DNA from: Patescibacteria group bacterium
GTDB lineage: Bacteria > Patescibacteriota > Patescibacteriia > Patescibacteriales > UBA12465
Direction: 5' to 3'
Length of the DNA: 64,000 bases
Assembly (NCBI GenBank): GCA_041651355.1
Contig: JBAZJK010000001.1
Span: forward strand, 101,883 to 165,882
Shown: positions 1 through 8,267 of the stretch, one piece after another
How positions within the stretch are numbered: position 1 is the stretch's first letter
How the letters are laid out: each line of letters opens with the position of its first letter
Notes under the pieces: model-generated
What the model was told of the DNA's origin: nothing
The model's input: only the letters and a program-made list of their open reading frames with translations
Databases searched by the model: none
Position numbers and translations under genes: made by a program

Positions 1-2
1 TA

Positions 3-182
3 GAGTGCGGCGTGGGCGAGGGCATATTTTTTGCCGGCAACAAACACGTGGCAATGAAGGTGGTGGCATCTTATTCAGAGGATCAGCTGATCACTTCTGA
101 TCCGCGTCAATTATTGGAAATCGAGGAGGCTAAGAAAGAATTCGAAGAGAGTCTCAAAAATAATCCTAATCCGGAAATCTAA
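3..182 (+). CDS. 3' end of a CDS truncated by the window edge, product unknown
   Basis: Frame 3 is open from the window edge to TAA at 180-182 (...EIEEAKKEFEESLKNNPNPEI*). No recognisable motif. Confidence 0.3.
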   Translation, partial: ECGVGEGIFFAGNKHVAMKVVASYSEDQLITSDPRQLLEIEEAKKEFEESLKNNPNPEI

Positions 183-203
183 ATCTTTTTAATCTTTAAT
201 CAT

Positions 204-815
204 ATGATTAACCGTAAGCGGGCTATTATCTTGGTGGTCGTTCTAGGACTCTTGATTATCGCCTTTATAATCTATTGGGTCTGGTTCCGTCGTCCGATTA
301 CTTTAGGGCCAAGCGTAGAAACCCCGGTCAGCCCCGGGTCTTTGCCGGTAGAGATAAGTACCAGTACGCCCGGTAGTAAGCCGCGCAACTATCAGAATTA
401 TGACATTTCTAAAGAGGCGCCTCATGAGATTAACGCTAATGATCTCGGCAAACTAGGCATGACTTTCGCTGAACGTTTCGGCTCCTTTTCGAAACAATCG
501 AACTATGGTAATATTGAGGACGCTAAATTATTCATGACCAGCGATCTCAGAGACTGGGCGGACACTTACTTAGATAAGCTTAAAGAGGAGAATAAGGATA
601 AGGACTATTACGATATCGTTACTAAAGCCACCTCTTTTGAGGTTAGTAGCTTTGATGCTAAAAGCGGCCAAGGAAGCATAGTAATCAAAACTTTGCGCAA
701 GGAAAGCACCGAAGCGGTTAACAACGGCAAAGAGTATCCGCAGTCGCTCACCCTAGACTTTAAAAAGGTGGGTGATTCTTGGTTGATAGATGCCGCTTAT
801 TGGGGAAAGAAGTAA
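204..815 (+). CDS. hypothetical N-terminally membrane-anchored protein
   Basis: 203-aa ATG ORF with an N-terminal TM helix (AIILVVVLGLLIIAFIIYWVWF). A hairpin terminator follows. Confidence 0.6.
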   Translation: MINRKRAIILVVVLGLLIIAFIIYWVWFRRPITLGPSVETPVSPGSLPVEISTSTPGSKPRNYQNYDISKEAPHEINANDLGKLGMTFAERFGSFSKQSNYGNIEDAKLFMTSDLRDWADTYLDKLKEENKDKDYYDIVTKATSFEVSSFDAKSGQGSIVIKTLRKESTEAVNNGKEYPQSLTLDFKKVGDSWLIDAAYWGKK

Positions 816-847
816 TATCAGGATTATATAATTTAAAATAGAAAAAA

Positions 848-872
848 GAAGCGGAGGCACGCTTCTTTTTCT
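848..872 (+). terminator. rho-independent terminator
   Basis: GAAGCG-gaggca-CGCTTC stem-loop followed by a T-run. Confidence 0.5.
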
Positions 873-882
873 CTCTAAATAT

Positions 883-2232
883 ATGGCTGACAAACTAAAA
901 ACCGTCTTTACTTGTTCCAACTGCGACGCCCAGTTTCCCAAATGGAGCGGTCGTTGTACTGAATGCGGATCTTGGGGGACTTTAGGCGAACAAGCCTTCG
1001 ACGGTCATGTCCAACAGAAAGAAATTATGAAAAAGATAGTTGGAGCTGAAGTTTTAGATTTGAATAAAATCCAGTCTTCCGGATTAGTGCGCCAGGCTTG
1101 CGGCTTAGCGGAAATCGACCGGGTACTAGGTGGCGGCTTAGTCTCCGGCTCCTTGCTTATTCTAGCTGGCGAGCCGGGTATCGGCAAATCAACTCTTGTC
1201 GCCCAGTTGGCTGACGCCTATTCTAAGGATCAAGAAGCCTTATATGTCAGTGGCGAAGAATCTGCCAGCCAGGTTAAATCCAGATTGGAGCGCTTGCATT
1301 GTGACCTGGGGAGGATTAAGTTCGTCAGTGAGACAAACGTAGAGAAAATCGTATCCACCGCCATCAAGTTATCACCCAAACTCCTCATCATCGATTCTAT
1401 CCAAACAATCTATTCCGCTTTGATTCCGGCGGAAGCGGGTAGCGTCAGCCAGATTAGAGCCGGAGCAGTTAAATTTCTAGAGTTAGCTAAGCAGAATGAT
1501 ATTTCGGTGATTCTGATCGGCCACATTACCAAGGATGGCCAGGTCGCCGGACCTAAATCTCTGGAGCATATAGTGGACACGGTTTTATACTTAGAGAACG
1601 AGGCTCAGAACAACTATTGCTTACTGCGAGCTAGCAAGAATCGTTTTGGTTCAGTTAATGAATTAGGGGTTTTAGAAATGACCGGGCAAGGATTCAAGGA
1701 AGTGAAGAATCCTAGCCTGGTCTTCATCGAGAGCGCCCCCTCCAATTTAGCCGGTTCAGTGATCGGTTGCGTCTTAGAAGGTACCAGACCATTTTTAGTC
1801 GAAGTCCAGGCCCTAGTCTCTAAGACCGTCTTCGGATACCCCCAGCGGAAATCTAGCGGTTTTGACCTTAATCGTTTGCAAGTCTTGAGTGCAGTCTTGT
1901 CTAAACGTACCAAGACCAATCTTACTGTCCAGGATATTATTTTAAATATCGTCGGCGGCCTCAAGATTAGCGATCCCGCCCTGGATTTGGCTGTGGCCGC
2001 GGCTATCATTTCCTCTCACTTTAATAAGAGTTTGGATCGACGGACAATAGTCTTGGGAGAAGTCGGTTTAGGCGGGGAAGTGAGAGCCGTCCATAAACTG
2101 GAACAACGCCTGGCCGAGGCGGAGAAGCTCGGGTTTACTGCGGCCATCATCCCTAATAGTGAAGTCAAGGCAAAAAAGATTAAGCTTTTGAAAATTAAAA
2201 GCCTGAGCGAATTAGAAGAGATAATCAAATGA
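883..2232 (+). CDS. radA: DNA repair protein RadA/Sms
   Basis: N-terminal zinc ribbon CSNC..CTEC, Walker A GEPGIGKST, KNRFG motif and a C-terminal Lon-like domain. 449 aa. Confidence 0.95.
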   Translation: MADKLKTVFTCSNCDAQFPKWSGRCTECGSWGTLGEQAFDGHVQQKEIMKKIVGAEVLDLNKIQSSGLVRQACGLAEIDRVLGGGLVSGSLLILAGEPGIGKSTLVAQLADAYSKDQEALYVSGEESASQVKSRLERLHCDLGRIKFVSETNVEKIVSTAIKLSPKLLIIDSIQTIYSALIPAEAGSVSQIRAGAVKFLELAKQNDISVILIGHITKDGQVAGPKSLEHIVDTVLYLENEAQNNYCLLRASKNRFGSVNELGVLEMTGQGFKEVKNPSLVFIESAPSNLAGSVIGCVLEGTRPFLVEVQALVSKTVFGYPQRKSSGFDLNRLQVLSAVLSKRTKTNLTVQDIILNIVGGLKISDPALDLAVAAAIISSHFNKSLDRRTIVLGEVGLGGEVRAVHKLEQRLAEAEKLGFTAAIIPNSEVKAKKIKLLKIKSLSELEEIIK

Positions 2233-2250
2233 TTTTTTAAATAAGAAAAA

Positions 2251-2280
2251 AGATCATCTCGCGGATGATCTTTCTTTACT
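2251..2280 (+). terminator. rho-independent terminator after radA
   Basis: AGATCATC-tcgcg-GATGATCT stem followed by a T-rich tract. Confidence 0.5.
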
Positions 2281-2302
2281 TTTGAAGCACTGCTGCCTAA
2301 TT

Positions 2303-2599
2303 TTAACGAGCGATTCTCATCGCGCTGTTCCGGCGACATTCCGGCTTGTCTTTGATCTTTGATTTCTTATCTCTGATTACAGCCAGTTTGAATGTTTTCT
2401 GGACCAGGTCCCGGTTTCCGTTCTTTACGATTATCTCTTTGTGGGAGACGAAAAATGGCTTTTGCGGCGTTTGCCGCGGGTTGGTTTCCCGGACTTCTAC
2501 GTTCATAAATTTGTGGCTTTTGGCCACAGAGATGTTGTTCAGGTTGACCAACACTTCTCTCCCGTCAATCAGTTCAGCGATGAATTCAGGTTTCGGCAT
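2303..2599 (-). CDS. hypothetical protein
   Basis: 98-aa ORF with plausible composition. It competes with two plus-strand ORFs (2346..2621, 2441..2650) that look less protein-like. Confidence 0.4.
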   Translation of the reverse strand: MPKPEFIAELIDGREVLVNLNNISVAKSHKFMNVEVRETNPRQTPQKPFFVSHKEIIVKNGNRDLVQKTFKLAVIRDKKSKIKDKPECRRNSAMRIAR

Positions 2600-2749
2600 G
2601 ACTTTCTTGTTTATGAGTTAAACTTAGGTGAATATTTAAAGGACTATTAAAATCATATGTTTATGTTATAATAGATAAATGATAATGTCAATATAGCCTA
2701 TCCTTATTTATTGAAAATTAGCTAATTTTTAATGAATAATATCTATATA

Positions 2750-2778
2750 TTGACAAAATTATTATAAAATGTTATAAT
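2750..2778 (+). promoter_or_regulatory. near-consensus sigma70-type promoter
   Basis: TTGACA (2750-2755), a 17-nt spacer, then TATAAT (2773-2778), about 110 nt upstream of the ORF at 2887. Confidence 0.55.
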
Positions 2779-2809
2779 TATCTTTGTTAGTTTTGATCTT
2801 TTCAATCCG

Positions 2810-2868
2810 TTTAATATTGATTTTGTATCTTATGAGCCCAACTCGTAATATGTAAAATCAATATTAAA
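2810..2868 (+). promoter_or_regulatory. long hairpin in the 5' leader of ORF 2887..3165
   Basis: A perfect 15-nt inverted repeat, TTTAATATTGATTTT (2810-2824) and AAAATCAATATTAAA (2854-2868). Further inner pairing joins ttatgag and ctcgtaa. Confidence 0.4.
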
Positions 2869-2886
2869 CACATAAAACAAGAAAAA

Positions 2887-3165
2887 ATGAAAGTAACAAA
2901 AGTTTTGCACCGTATCCTCATTGTGGCTGGTTTTATCTCATTAGCTTTGGCTACAATTTTTTTCTTTTGTGCTCTGATGAGCTTTTTTGCCGGTCAGCGG
3001 ACTGATTCCGTGGATATCTTAATCGACTGTTTAGTCGATCTCAGAATATCCGTTACAATGGCAATCCTAATCGCGATTTCCGCCCTTTCAACCTCTGAAA
3101 CCCTGGCTTTAGGCGAGGATTTAATGGATTGGATGGATAGAAATATCCGGAAAAAAGCAGTTTAG
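2887..3165 (+). CDS. small membrane protein, hypothetical
   Basis: 92-aa ORF with two or three hydrophobic helices, downstream of the consensus promoter. Confidence 0.5.
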   Translation: MKVTKVLHRILIVAGFISLALATIFFFCALMSFFAGQRTDSVDILIDCLVDLRISVTMAILIAISALSTSETLALGEDLMDWMDRNIRKKAV

Positions 3166-3192
3166 CAAAAGACAACACGATCTTTAAAAAAA

Positions 3193-3218
3193 GGCTTATC
3201 GTAAGATAAGTCCTTTTT
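3193..3218. terminator. bidirectional hairpin terminator between convergent genes
   Basis: An A-run, then GGCTTATC-gtaa-GATAAGTCC, then a T-run. It lies between ORF 2887..3165 (+) and recG (-). Confidence 0.5.
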
Positions 3219-5321
3219 TTATTCGAAATGGATTTCATTTTCCCATTGTCCTAGTTTTTCTTTCAGGAGAGGATAATCTTTTAATTCCGGATCTTCTTTA
3301 ACTATTTTTTCGGCTTCATCTTTAGCTTTCTTGATCAGCTCATAATCGAATAGGGTGGCAATTTTTATTTCCGGCCAGCCGCTTTGGTTGGCGCCATAGA
3401 TATCGCCCGCCCCCCTCAACTTGAGATCGATCTTAGCGAGGCTCAAGCCATCGCTGTATTTGGTGAGGGCTTCTAGACGCCTAAGACTTTTATCACTCAT
3501 TTCTTGTTCGTTGCTAGGGAAAAGGAGACAATATGATTGATGCGGCCCGCGTCCGACTCGGCCGCGGAATTGATGGAGCTGGGCTAAACCGAAGCGCTCC
3601 GCTCCTTCGATTATCATGACACTGGCATTTGGTACGTCGACACCCACTTCGATAACTGAAGTAGCGACCAGTATTTTAGTCTTCTTATCCAAGAAGTCTT
3701 GCATTACCTTGTCTTTCTCATCACTTTTGAGGCGTCCGTGCAGCAGGCCGACAGGGAGGTCAGGAAAAATTTCTTTATCCAGGCGTTCATGTTCAGCTTT
3801 GACTGATTTATAGCCGCTTTTATCGGATTCGTCGATCAGAGGACAGATGACAAATATCTGCCGGCCTTCAGAGATTTGCCGTCTGATAAATTCATAGCTT
3901 TTTATCCTTTCTTTTTCGCTAATTATTTTGGTAATTACCGTTTTTCTGCCAGCCGGCATTTGCTTGATTAAAGATAGGTCCAGATCCCCGTAGATCGCTA
4001 AAGCTAAAGAGCGGGGAATCGGGGTGGCGGTCATTGATAAGAAGTGAGGAATGAGATTTTTAGTGCCGGAAGAAACTATCTTATGCCGCTGGACTACGCC
4101 GAAACGATGCTGTTCATCGACTACGATCAGGCCTAATTGCCGGAAATCTAAACGATCTTGGATTAAGGCATGAGTGCCGATTATTATATCGGCATTGTCT
4201 AGGATTTCTTTGGTAATAGCAGTAGTTTTAGCCTGGCCTTTCAGGGATGGGTTTATATTGTCAGCCTGGTAGTTGATATTTTTTTGCCCCCTAGTTAATA
4301 GTCCGATTTTCACGTTAAAGCCGCCGAGGAGCCGGTTAAGGGAATTGAAATGTTGGCTAGCCAGGATTTCTGTGGGCGCCATAAGCACCCCCTGGTAGGC
4401 ATTTAAAGCGGTATTGAATAAAGCTAGGGCGGCTACTAGGGTTTTGCCACTTCCGACATCGCCTTCCAGCAGACGCGACATAGCTTGGCTTTTTTCAAGG
4501 TCATTGAGGATTTCCCAGGCGGCGCGCCTTTGGTCGTCGGTCAGTTTGAAGGGCAGGCTGGCCACAAATTTTTTAGTCGCCGTTTCTTGGAATTTGATAA
4601 GCGGCGCTTGTTTGGTCCGAAGCTGGTTTTTGGTCGATTCAGCTTTCAACTGGCGTAGGAATAAATCACCGAAATTAAGGCGCTGGGAAGCTGCCTGGGC
4701 TGCAGTCGGATCTTTGGGAAAATGCGCTTGAGCCAGGGCTTCGCCCAAGGTTAATAATTTTAGATTTTTTCTGACTCTTTCTGGTAGCCAGTCAGGAATG
4801 TACTTAGTTAAAGGCAAGGCTTGCTTGATTAGGAATCTTATTTGTTTTTGGCTGAGCCCGGCGCTCAGATGGTAGCGGGGAATGAGGCCTTTAGTATGTA
4901 TCAGGTCAGCAGAGTTTATTTTTTCGTATATCGGTGACACTAAGCTTAATTGGCCATAATTATCACTAACCTTTCCTGCTAAGGAAACCTGATCGCCTGC
5001 CTTAAGATTGCGAGCCAGGAAGGGTTGGTTAAACCAGATAACTTTAATGGTTTCGCTCTCATCGCTGACTAGAGCTTCGGTTAGGTATTTTCTTTGTCTG
5101 GCGCTCCGCTTATTTTGAATTAATTCAATGGTACCGATAATTGTGACAGTTTCCCCGGCTTTTAAATCTTTGATCAGCTTAGTCTCTCTAAGATCGTCAT
5201 AGCGGAAAGGCACATAAAAAAGCAGGTCTTGGGCTTGAGCCAGACCTAGCTTTTTTAAGTATTTAGCCGTAGTTTTACCAACTCGTGATAAGTCGGAAAT
5301 AGGGGAATTGAGCTGAAGCAT
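3219..5321 (-). CDS. recG: ATP-dependent DNA helicase RecG
   Basis: 700 aa with an N-terminal wedge/OB region, Walker A GDVGSGKT, the VVDEQHRFG motif and helicase C motifs (QLHQFRGRVGRG). Confidence 0.95.
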   Translation of the reverse strand: MLQLNSPISDLSRVGKTTAKYLKKLGLAQAQDLLFYVPFRYDDLRETKLIKDLKAGETVTIIGTIELIQNKRSARQRKYLTEALVSDESETIKVIWFNQPFLARNLKAGDQVSLAGKVSDNYGQLSLVSPIYEKINSADLIHTKGLIPRYHLSAGLSQKQIRFLIKQALPLTKYIPDWLPERVRKNLKLLTLGEALAQAHFPKDPTAAQAASQRLNFGDLFLRQLKAESTKNQLRTKQAPLIKFQETATKKFVASLPFKLTDDQRRAAWEILNDLEKSQAMSRLLEGDVGSGKTLVAALALFNTALNAYQGVLMAPTEILASQHFNSLNRLLGGFNVKIGLLTRGQKNINYQADNINPSLKGQAKTTAITKEILDNADIIIGTHALIQDRLDFRQLGLIVVDEQHRFGVVQRHKIVSSGTKNLIPHFLSMTATPIPRSLALAIYGDLDLSLIKQMPAGRKTVITKIISEKERIKSYEFIRRQISEGRQIFVICPLIDESDKSGYKSVKAEHERLDKEIFPDLPVGLLHGRLKSDEKDKVMQDFLDKKTKILVATSVIEVGVDVPNASVMIIEGAERFGLAQLHQFRGRVGRGPHQSYCLLFPSNEQEMSDKSLRRLEALTKYSDGLSLAKIDLKLRGAGDIYGANQSGWPEIKIATLFDYELIKKAKDEAEKIVKEDPELKDYPLLKEKLGQWENEIHFE

Positions 5322-5328
5322 AAAATTG

Positions 5329-5400
5329 TGCTTTCGGCAGGAATCGAACCTGCATTACAAGATCCGCAATCTTGCGTCCTATCCGTTGAACGACGAAAGC
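5329..5400 (-). tRNA. tRNA-Arg (anticodon GCG)
   Basis: 72-nt cloverleaf folded by hand. The acceptor is GCTTTCG/CGAAAGC, the anticodon arm is CAAGA-TTGCGGA-TCTTG and the T arm is GCAGG-TTCGATT-CCTGC. The discriminator is A and CCA is not encoded. Confidence 0.85.
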
Positions 5401-5420
5401 CTATCTAAAGCCTAATCTTA

Positions 5421-5948
5421 TTATAATTTAAATAGTTTCGTCAACTGTTCGGATAGGGGGACATCGGTTCGCTCTAAATCCTCGTCTAAGTATCTGAGTA
5501 AGAAGTTCCTGACCAGGATTGGGTTCATATGACGCAAGGGAATCGATAGACGGGGGCGGAAAGAATTTTTAAATTCAAAATAAAGGTTTTTGACGCTTTG
5601 CTTGGGCTTATATATGACGGCGAAGTGCTTGAAGCTGTCATAATCATAGAACTTGTTCCCGATTTTTATCCCTTCACTCTCCAGATATATATTAACCATC
5701 AGGGCTGGGCGACCATCATTGATTATGATTATTATAGAGGAGATTATTAGGATAAGGGCAAATAGGAAATTAGAGTTAGCCCCTAAAAATGTTAGCTTCC
5801 AGCCGGAAAAACTGAAAAAAGAGAAGAAGAGGCAGAGGAATAGGAATATGCCGGCGATTATATACCAACGGCGGCCTCTTTCAGGGCGTCGATATTCCGG
5901 CACCGGCCAGACTAATTTTTGGGGCATATTTTGCTTATCAATAGCCAT
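5421..5948 (-). CDS. hypothetical membrane protein
   Basis: 175-aa ORF with two central TM helices. An extended -10 (TGgTATAAT) lies upstream on the minus strand. Confidence 0.6.
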   Translation of the reverse strand: MAIDKQNMPQKLVWPVPEYRRPERGRRWYIIAGIFLFLCLFFSFFSFSGWKLTFLGANSNFLFALILIISSIIIIINDGRPALMVNIYLESEGIKIGNKFYDYDSFKHFAVIYKPKQSVKNLYFEFKNSFRPRLSIPLRHMNPILVRNFLLRYLDEDLERTDVPLSEQLTKLFKL

Positions 5949-5957
5949 ATTTTCAAA

Positions 5958-5986
5958 TTGACATTATTGCTTTTATTTTATATAGT
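5958..5986 (+). promoter_or_regulatory. sigma70-type promoter for tRNA-Ser(GCT)
   Basis: TTGACA (5958-5963), a 17-nt spacer, then TATAGT (5981-5986), about 30 nt upstream of the tRNA. Confidence 0.5.
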
Positions 5987-5988
5987 GA

Positions 5989-7698
5989 TTATACCACAAA
6001 AATCAGACGAGATAAATTGGAGAGGTGCCGGAGCGGTCGAACGGGGCACCCTGCTAAGGTGTTATCCTTGAAAGAGGATCGAGGGTTCGAATCCCTCCCT
6101 CTCCGCAGAACGGGACGAAGCGAGTCTAAAAACTCATTTCGTCCTTTTTTTATCGGCATTTTTGAAAGTTCGAACGTAGCAATTTTGGCGTTTAGGAGTT
6201 CTCGATTTTTTTCTATCGGCAATAGCCATTTGAACGCTAATATTTCAAGTTTTTTGTCTTCAAGAAAAAAGTTCGAACCGAGCGAAGACAATATCTCTCT
6301 TTTCTTCTCGGATTCGCCATTCACGAATTGATTAAGGCCATGACAGGCCAGTTCGAAGGTTTGTTTAGTCAGCTTTAAAACCTTTTCTTCTCTGATCTCG
6401 TCATAGCCGTCTAAATCGTCCAATTTGGCCATTTCGCGGGTCAGTTCGTTCTTAGCTTCCAAATATTCATCGTCGCTTAACAAGTCCCGACATTTCATTT
6501 TAGTGAGGCTTTTTAGTTCCTCTTTGAGCTTTTCCATAGACTTGCCCGTATTGGCCTTTATAGCCTCGTCTTTGGCCGTTTCTTCCTGTTTCAGCTCATC
6601 TATAATCTCCAGCCCCAAGTCCAAAAAGGCGGGGTTAAGCTCATATTTTTGCAGTTCGGCGATTATTTGTTTGTCCATAGCTTCACGGTCGACGGAAGAC
6701 TGTCCGCAAGAATAATCGCGACGTCTGTGGGCGCAATAGTAATAGGCATAAACCTTGTTTTGACCGGTTTGTTTATTAAATTTTGTCTTGAAATCGGCCG
6801 TTATCAAACAGCCGCACTCTTTGCATTTTATCAATCCCCGATAAGGGAAATCTTTTTCTTGCCGGCGCGGTTTTCCGTCTCGGCCCATTATGGTTTGAAT
6901 TTGGTCGTATTGGGAAATTGTTATTAAACGTTTGTGCTTGCCTTTGGTTTCCTGTCCGCCGTAATTGATTATTCCGGCGTAAAACGGATTGGTAAAAATT
7001 CTGTAAATCGCACTACGCGACAATTCTTTGCCGCCGAGACTGCGAATTTTTCTTGTCTTGTATCCCCATTCGCCGTTCATCTTTTCCAAAATTTCGGGAA
7101 CACTATAATTGCCGGTCAACATCAAATCGAAAGCCCGGCGCAATAACGGGAAACGTTCCGGGTCAGGGACGATAATGCTGAAATTACTGTTTTCGTCTTG
7201 TCTGTTTAGATAACCTTCGGGCGCTTTGTTCGGTAGCCAACCCATGGAAAACTTTTTTTCCAAACCGCGGCGGACATCTTTTCCAAGTTTCGACGAAAAA
7301 TATTGTGATTGGCTAAGCGCCAATTGCAACATCATTATGCCTTCGGGGGAATTGTCGAAATTATAGGAACCGAATTTCAAATCTTTGATGACGCCCGTGC
7401 GAACCAAGTATGAAATCGTCGAAGCGTCTATCTCGTTGCGGCTTAATCTGTCCGGATGCCAGGCAATAATTCCTTCCGCTTCGCCCTTTCGGATGCGCTT
7501 TATCATCTCGGCAAAAACGGGGCGATTGTACGGCGAAAAAGCGCTGTGCTTTTCTTCCAAAATTTCCACTATTTCCAAACCGTTGAAGAATTCCCGAACT
7601 TTGTCCTTTTGGCTTTCAATGGACAAGGCCTGACGTTCTTCGCCCTCGGTGGATTTTCGGACATAAGCGAAATATTTAATTTTAGTCGCCGTTGTCAT
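5989..7698 (-). CDS. large serine recombinase (integrase). The 3' end runs antisense through tRNA-Ser(GCT).
   Basis: Resolvase-type N-terminus YVRKSTEGEERQALSIESQ (catalytic Ser region), a recombinase domain, a zinc ribbon CKECGC...CAHRRRDYSC and a coiled-coil. The last roughly 55 aa are encoded opposite the tRNA, its terminator and its promoter. Confidence 0.9.
   Translation of the reverse strand: MTTATKIKYFAYVRKSTEGEERQALSIESQKDKVREFFNGLEIVEILEEKHSAFSPYNRPVFAEMIKRIRKGEAEGIIAWHPDRLSRNEIDASTISYLVRTGVIKDLKFGSYNFDNSPEGIMMLQLALSQSQYFSSKLGKDVRRGLEKKFSMGWLPNKAPEGYLNRQDENSNFSIIVPDPERFPLLRRAFDLMLTGNYSVPEILEKMNGEWGYKTRKIRSLGGKELSRSAIYRIFTNPFYAGIINYGGQETKGKHKRLITISQYDQIQTIMGRDGKPRRQEKDFPYRGLIKCKECGCLITADFKTKFNKQTGQNKVYAYYYCAHRRRDYSCGQSSVDREAMDKQIIAELQKYELNPAFLDLGLEIIDELKQEETAKDEAIKANTGKSMEKLKEELKSLTKMKCRDLLSDDEYLEAKNELTREMAKLDDLDGYDEIREEKVLKLTKQTFELACHGLNQFVNGESEKKREILSSLGSNFFLEDKKLEILAFKWLLPIEKNRELLNAKIATFELSKMPIKKGRNEFLDSLRPVLRRGRDSNPRSSFKDNTLAGCPVRPLRHLSNLSRLIFVV
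6019..6105 (+). tRNA. tRNA-Ser (anticodon GCT)
   Basis: 87 nt with acceptor GGAGAGG/CCTCTCC, anticodon loop CTGCTAA, a long variable arm, T loop GGTTCGAATCC and discriminator G. Confidence 0.9.
6113..6151 (+). terminator. rho-independent terminator of tRNA-Ser(GCT)
   Basis: GGACGAA...TTCGTCC stem with inner gagt/actc pairing, followed by T7. Confidence 0.6.
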
Positions 7699-7912
7699 AT
7701 TTGTTTCTTTTTACCAAATCATAATTCCAAAAAATATCGGTCAAATCATCCCGGATTTCTTTCAAGACTCTCGCCTTATCTTCCCGGTCCAAGTGTTCGT
7801 CGGGAAGTTCAAAATCCAGCCGGATCTCGTTGAGAACCTCGGCCATATTTAAAAGAGTCTTGTCCTCCAAAACTTTCTTTTGTTCTTCGGTTGTTGTTTT
7901 AGTTTTTGGCAT
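7682..7912 (-). CDS. small acidic hypothetical protein, a possible recombination directionality factor (speculative)
   Basis: 76-aa ORF that overlaps the recombinase start by 17 nt, implying translational coupling. Confidence 0.45.
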   Translation of the reverse strand: MPKTKTTTEEQKKVLEDKTLLNMAEVLNEIRLDFELPDEHLDREDKARVLKEIRDDLTDIFWNYDLVKRNKYDNGD

Positions 7913-7932
7913 AACAAAAAGGGGCGGTCCTG

Positions 7933-8037
7933 GAGACCCAACTAAATATCGCCAAAGGCAATACTCGTCGGCAGAACCGTCCCTTTTTGGGGGCGAGTAT
8001 AAAAAATCCCTTGGCGGATGTTATTTAGTTGGGTCTC
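7933..8037. repeat. 105-nt imperfect hairpin (long inverted repeat)
   Basis: The outer arms GAGACCCAACTAAATA (7933-7948) and TATTTAGTTGGGTCTC (8022-8037) are perfectly complementary. Inner pairings continue: atcgccaaagg/cccttggcggat, tactcg/cgagta and cgtccc/ggggcg. Confidence 0.6.
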
Positions 8038-8068
8038 AATGTTAATGATACCATAGTCGGGCGATTTT

Positions 8069-8254
8069 TCAAGCCCTAAAATAAAGCTCTTTAAGTCGCT
8101 TCTTTTCGGTCGCGCTTATCGGGATATAAGTCGCTTTGACCAAAATGACAAGCTTGAGGCATTGCTCGAAGGTTTCTTCGTCGCTTATTTCTTCTTTAAA
8201 CGTTTCTCTATATAAATTTTTAAACTTTTCAACGTGGCTCGGTTTGATGTTCAT
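8069..8254 (-). CDS. hypothetical small protein
   Basis: 61-aa ORF directly downstream of Rep on the same strand. Confidence 0.4.
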   Translation of the reverse strand: MNIKPSHVEKFKNLYRETFKEEISDEETFEQCLKLVILVKATYIPISATEKKRLKELYFRA

Positions 8255-8267
8255 AATCGAACTGCGT

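Noticed and set aside
2346-2650. Plus-strand ORFs 2346..2621 and 2441..2650.
   Set aside because: They overlap each other and the more protein-like minus-strand ORF 2303..2599. Their composition (runs of F, L, S, R) looks like antisense translation. This region remains low-confidence overall.
6264-6276. The 13-mer AAAAAAGTTCGAA is shared between 6264-6276 (inside the recombinase gene) and 20633-20645 (next to repeat A). I considered it as an att core.
   Set aside because: A single A-rich 13-mer match is expected by chance many times in 64 kb of this composition. It is not used as evidence for island boundaries.
7933-8037. The hairpin arms contain GAGACC/GGTCTC, the recognition sequence of the Eco31I/BsaI-type IIS enzymes that I used as an architectural analogy for the RM operon.
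   Set aside because: The specificity of the local RM system is unknown, and a single 6-mer pair is a coincidence-level observation.
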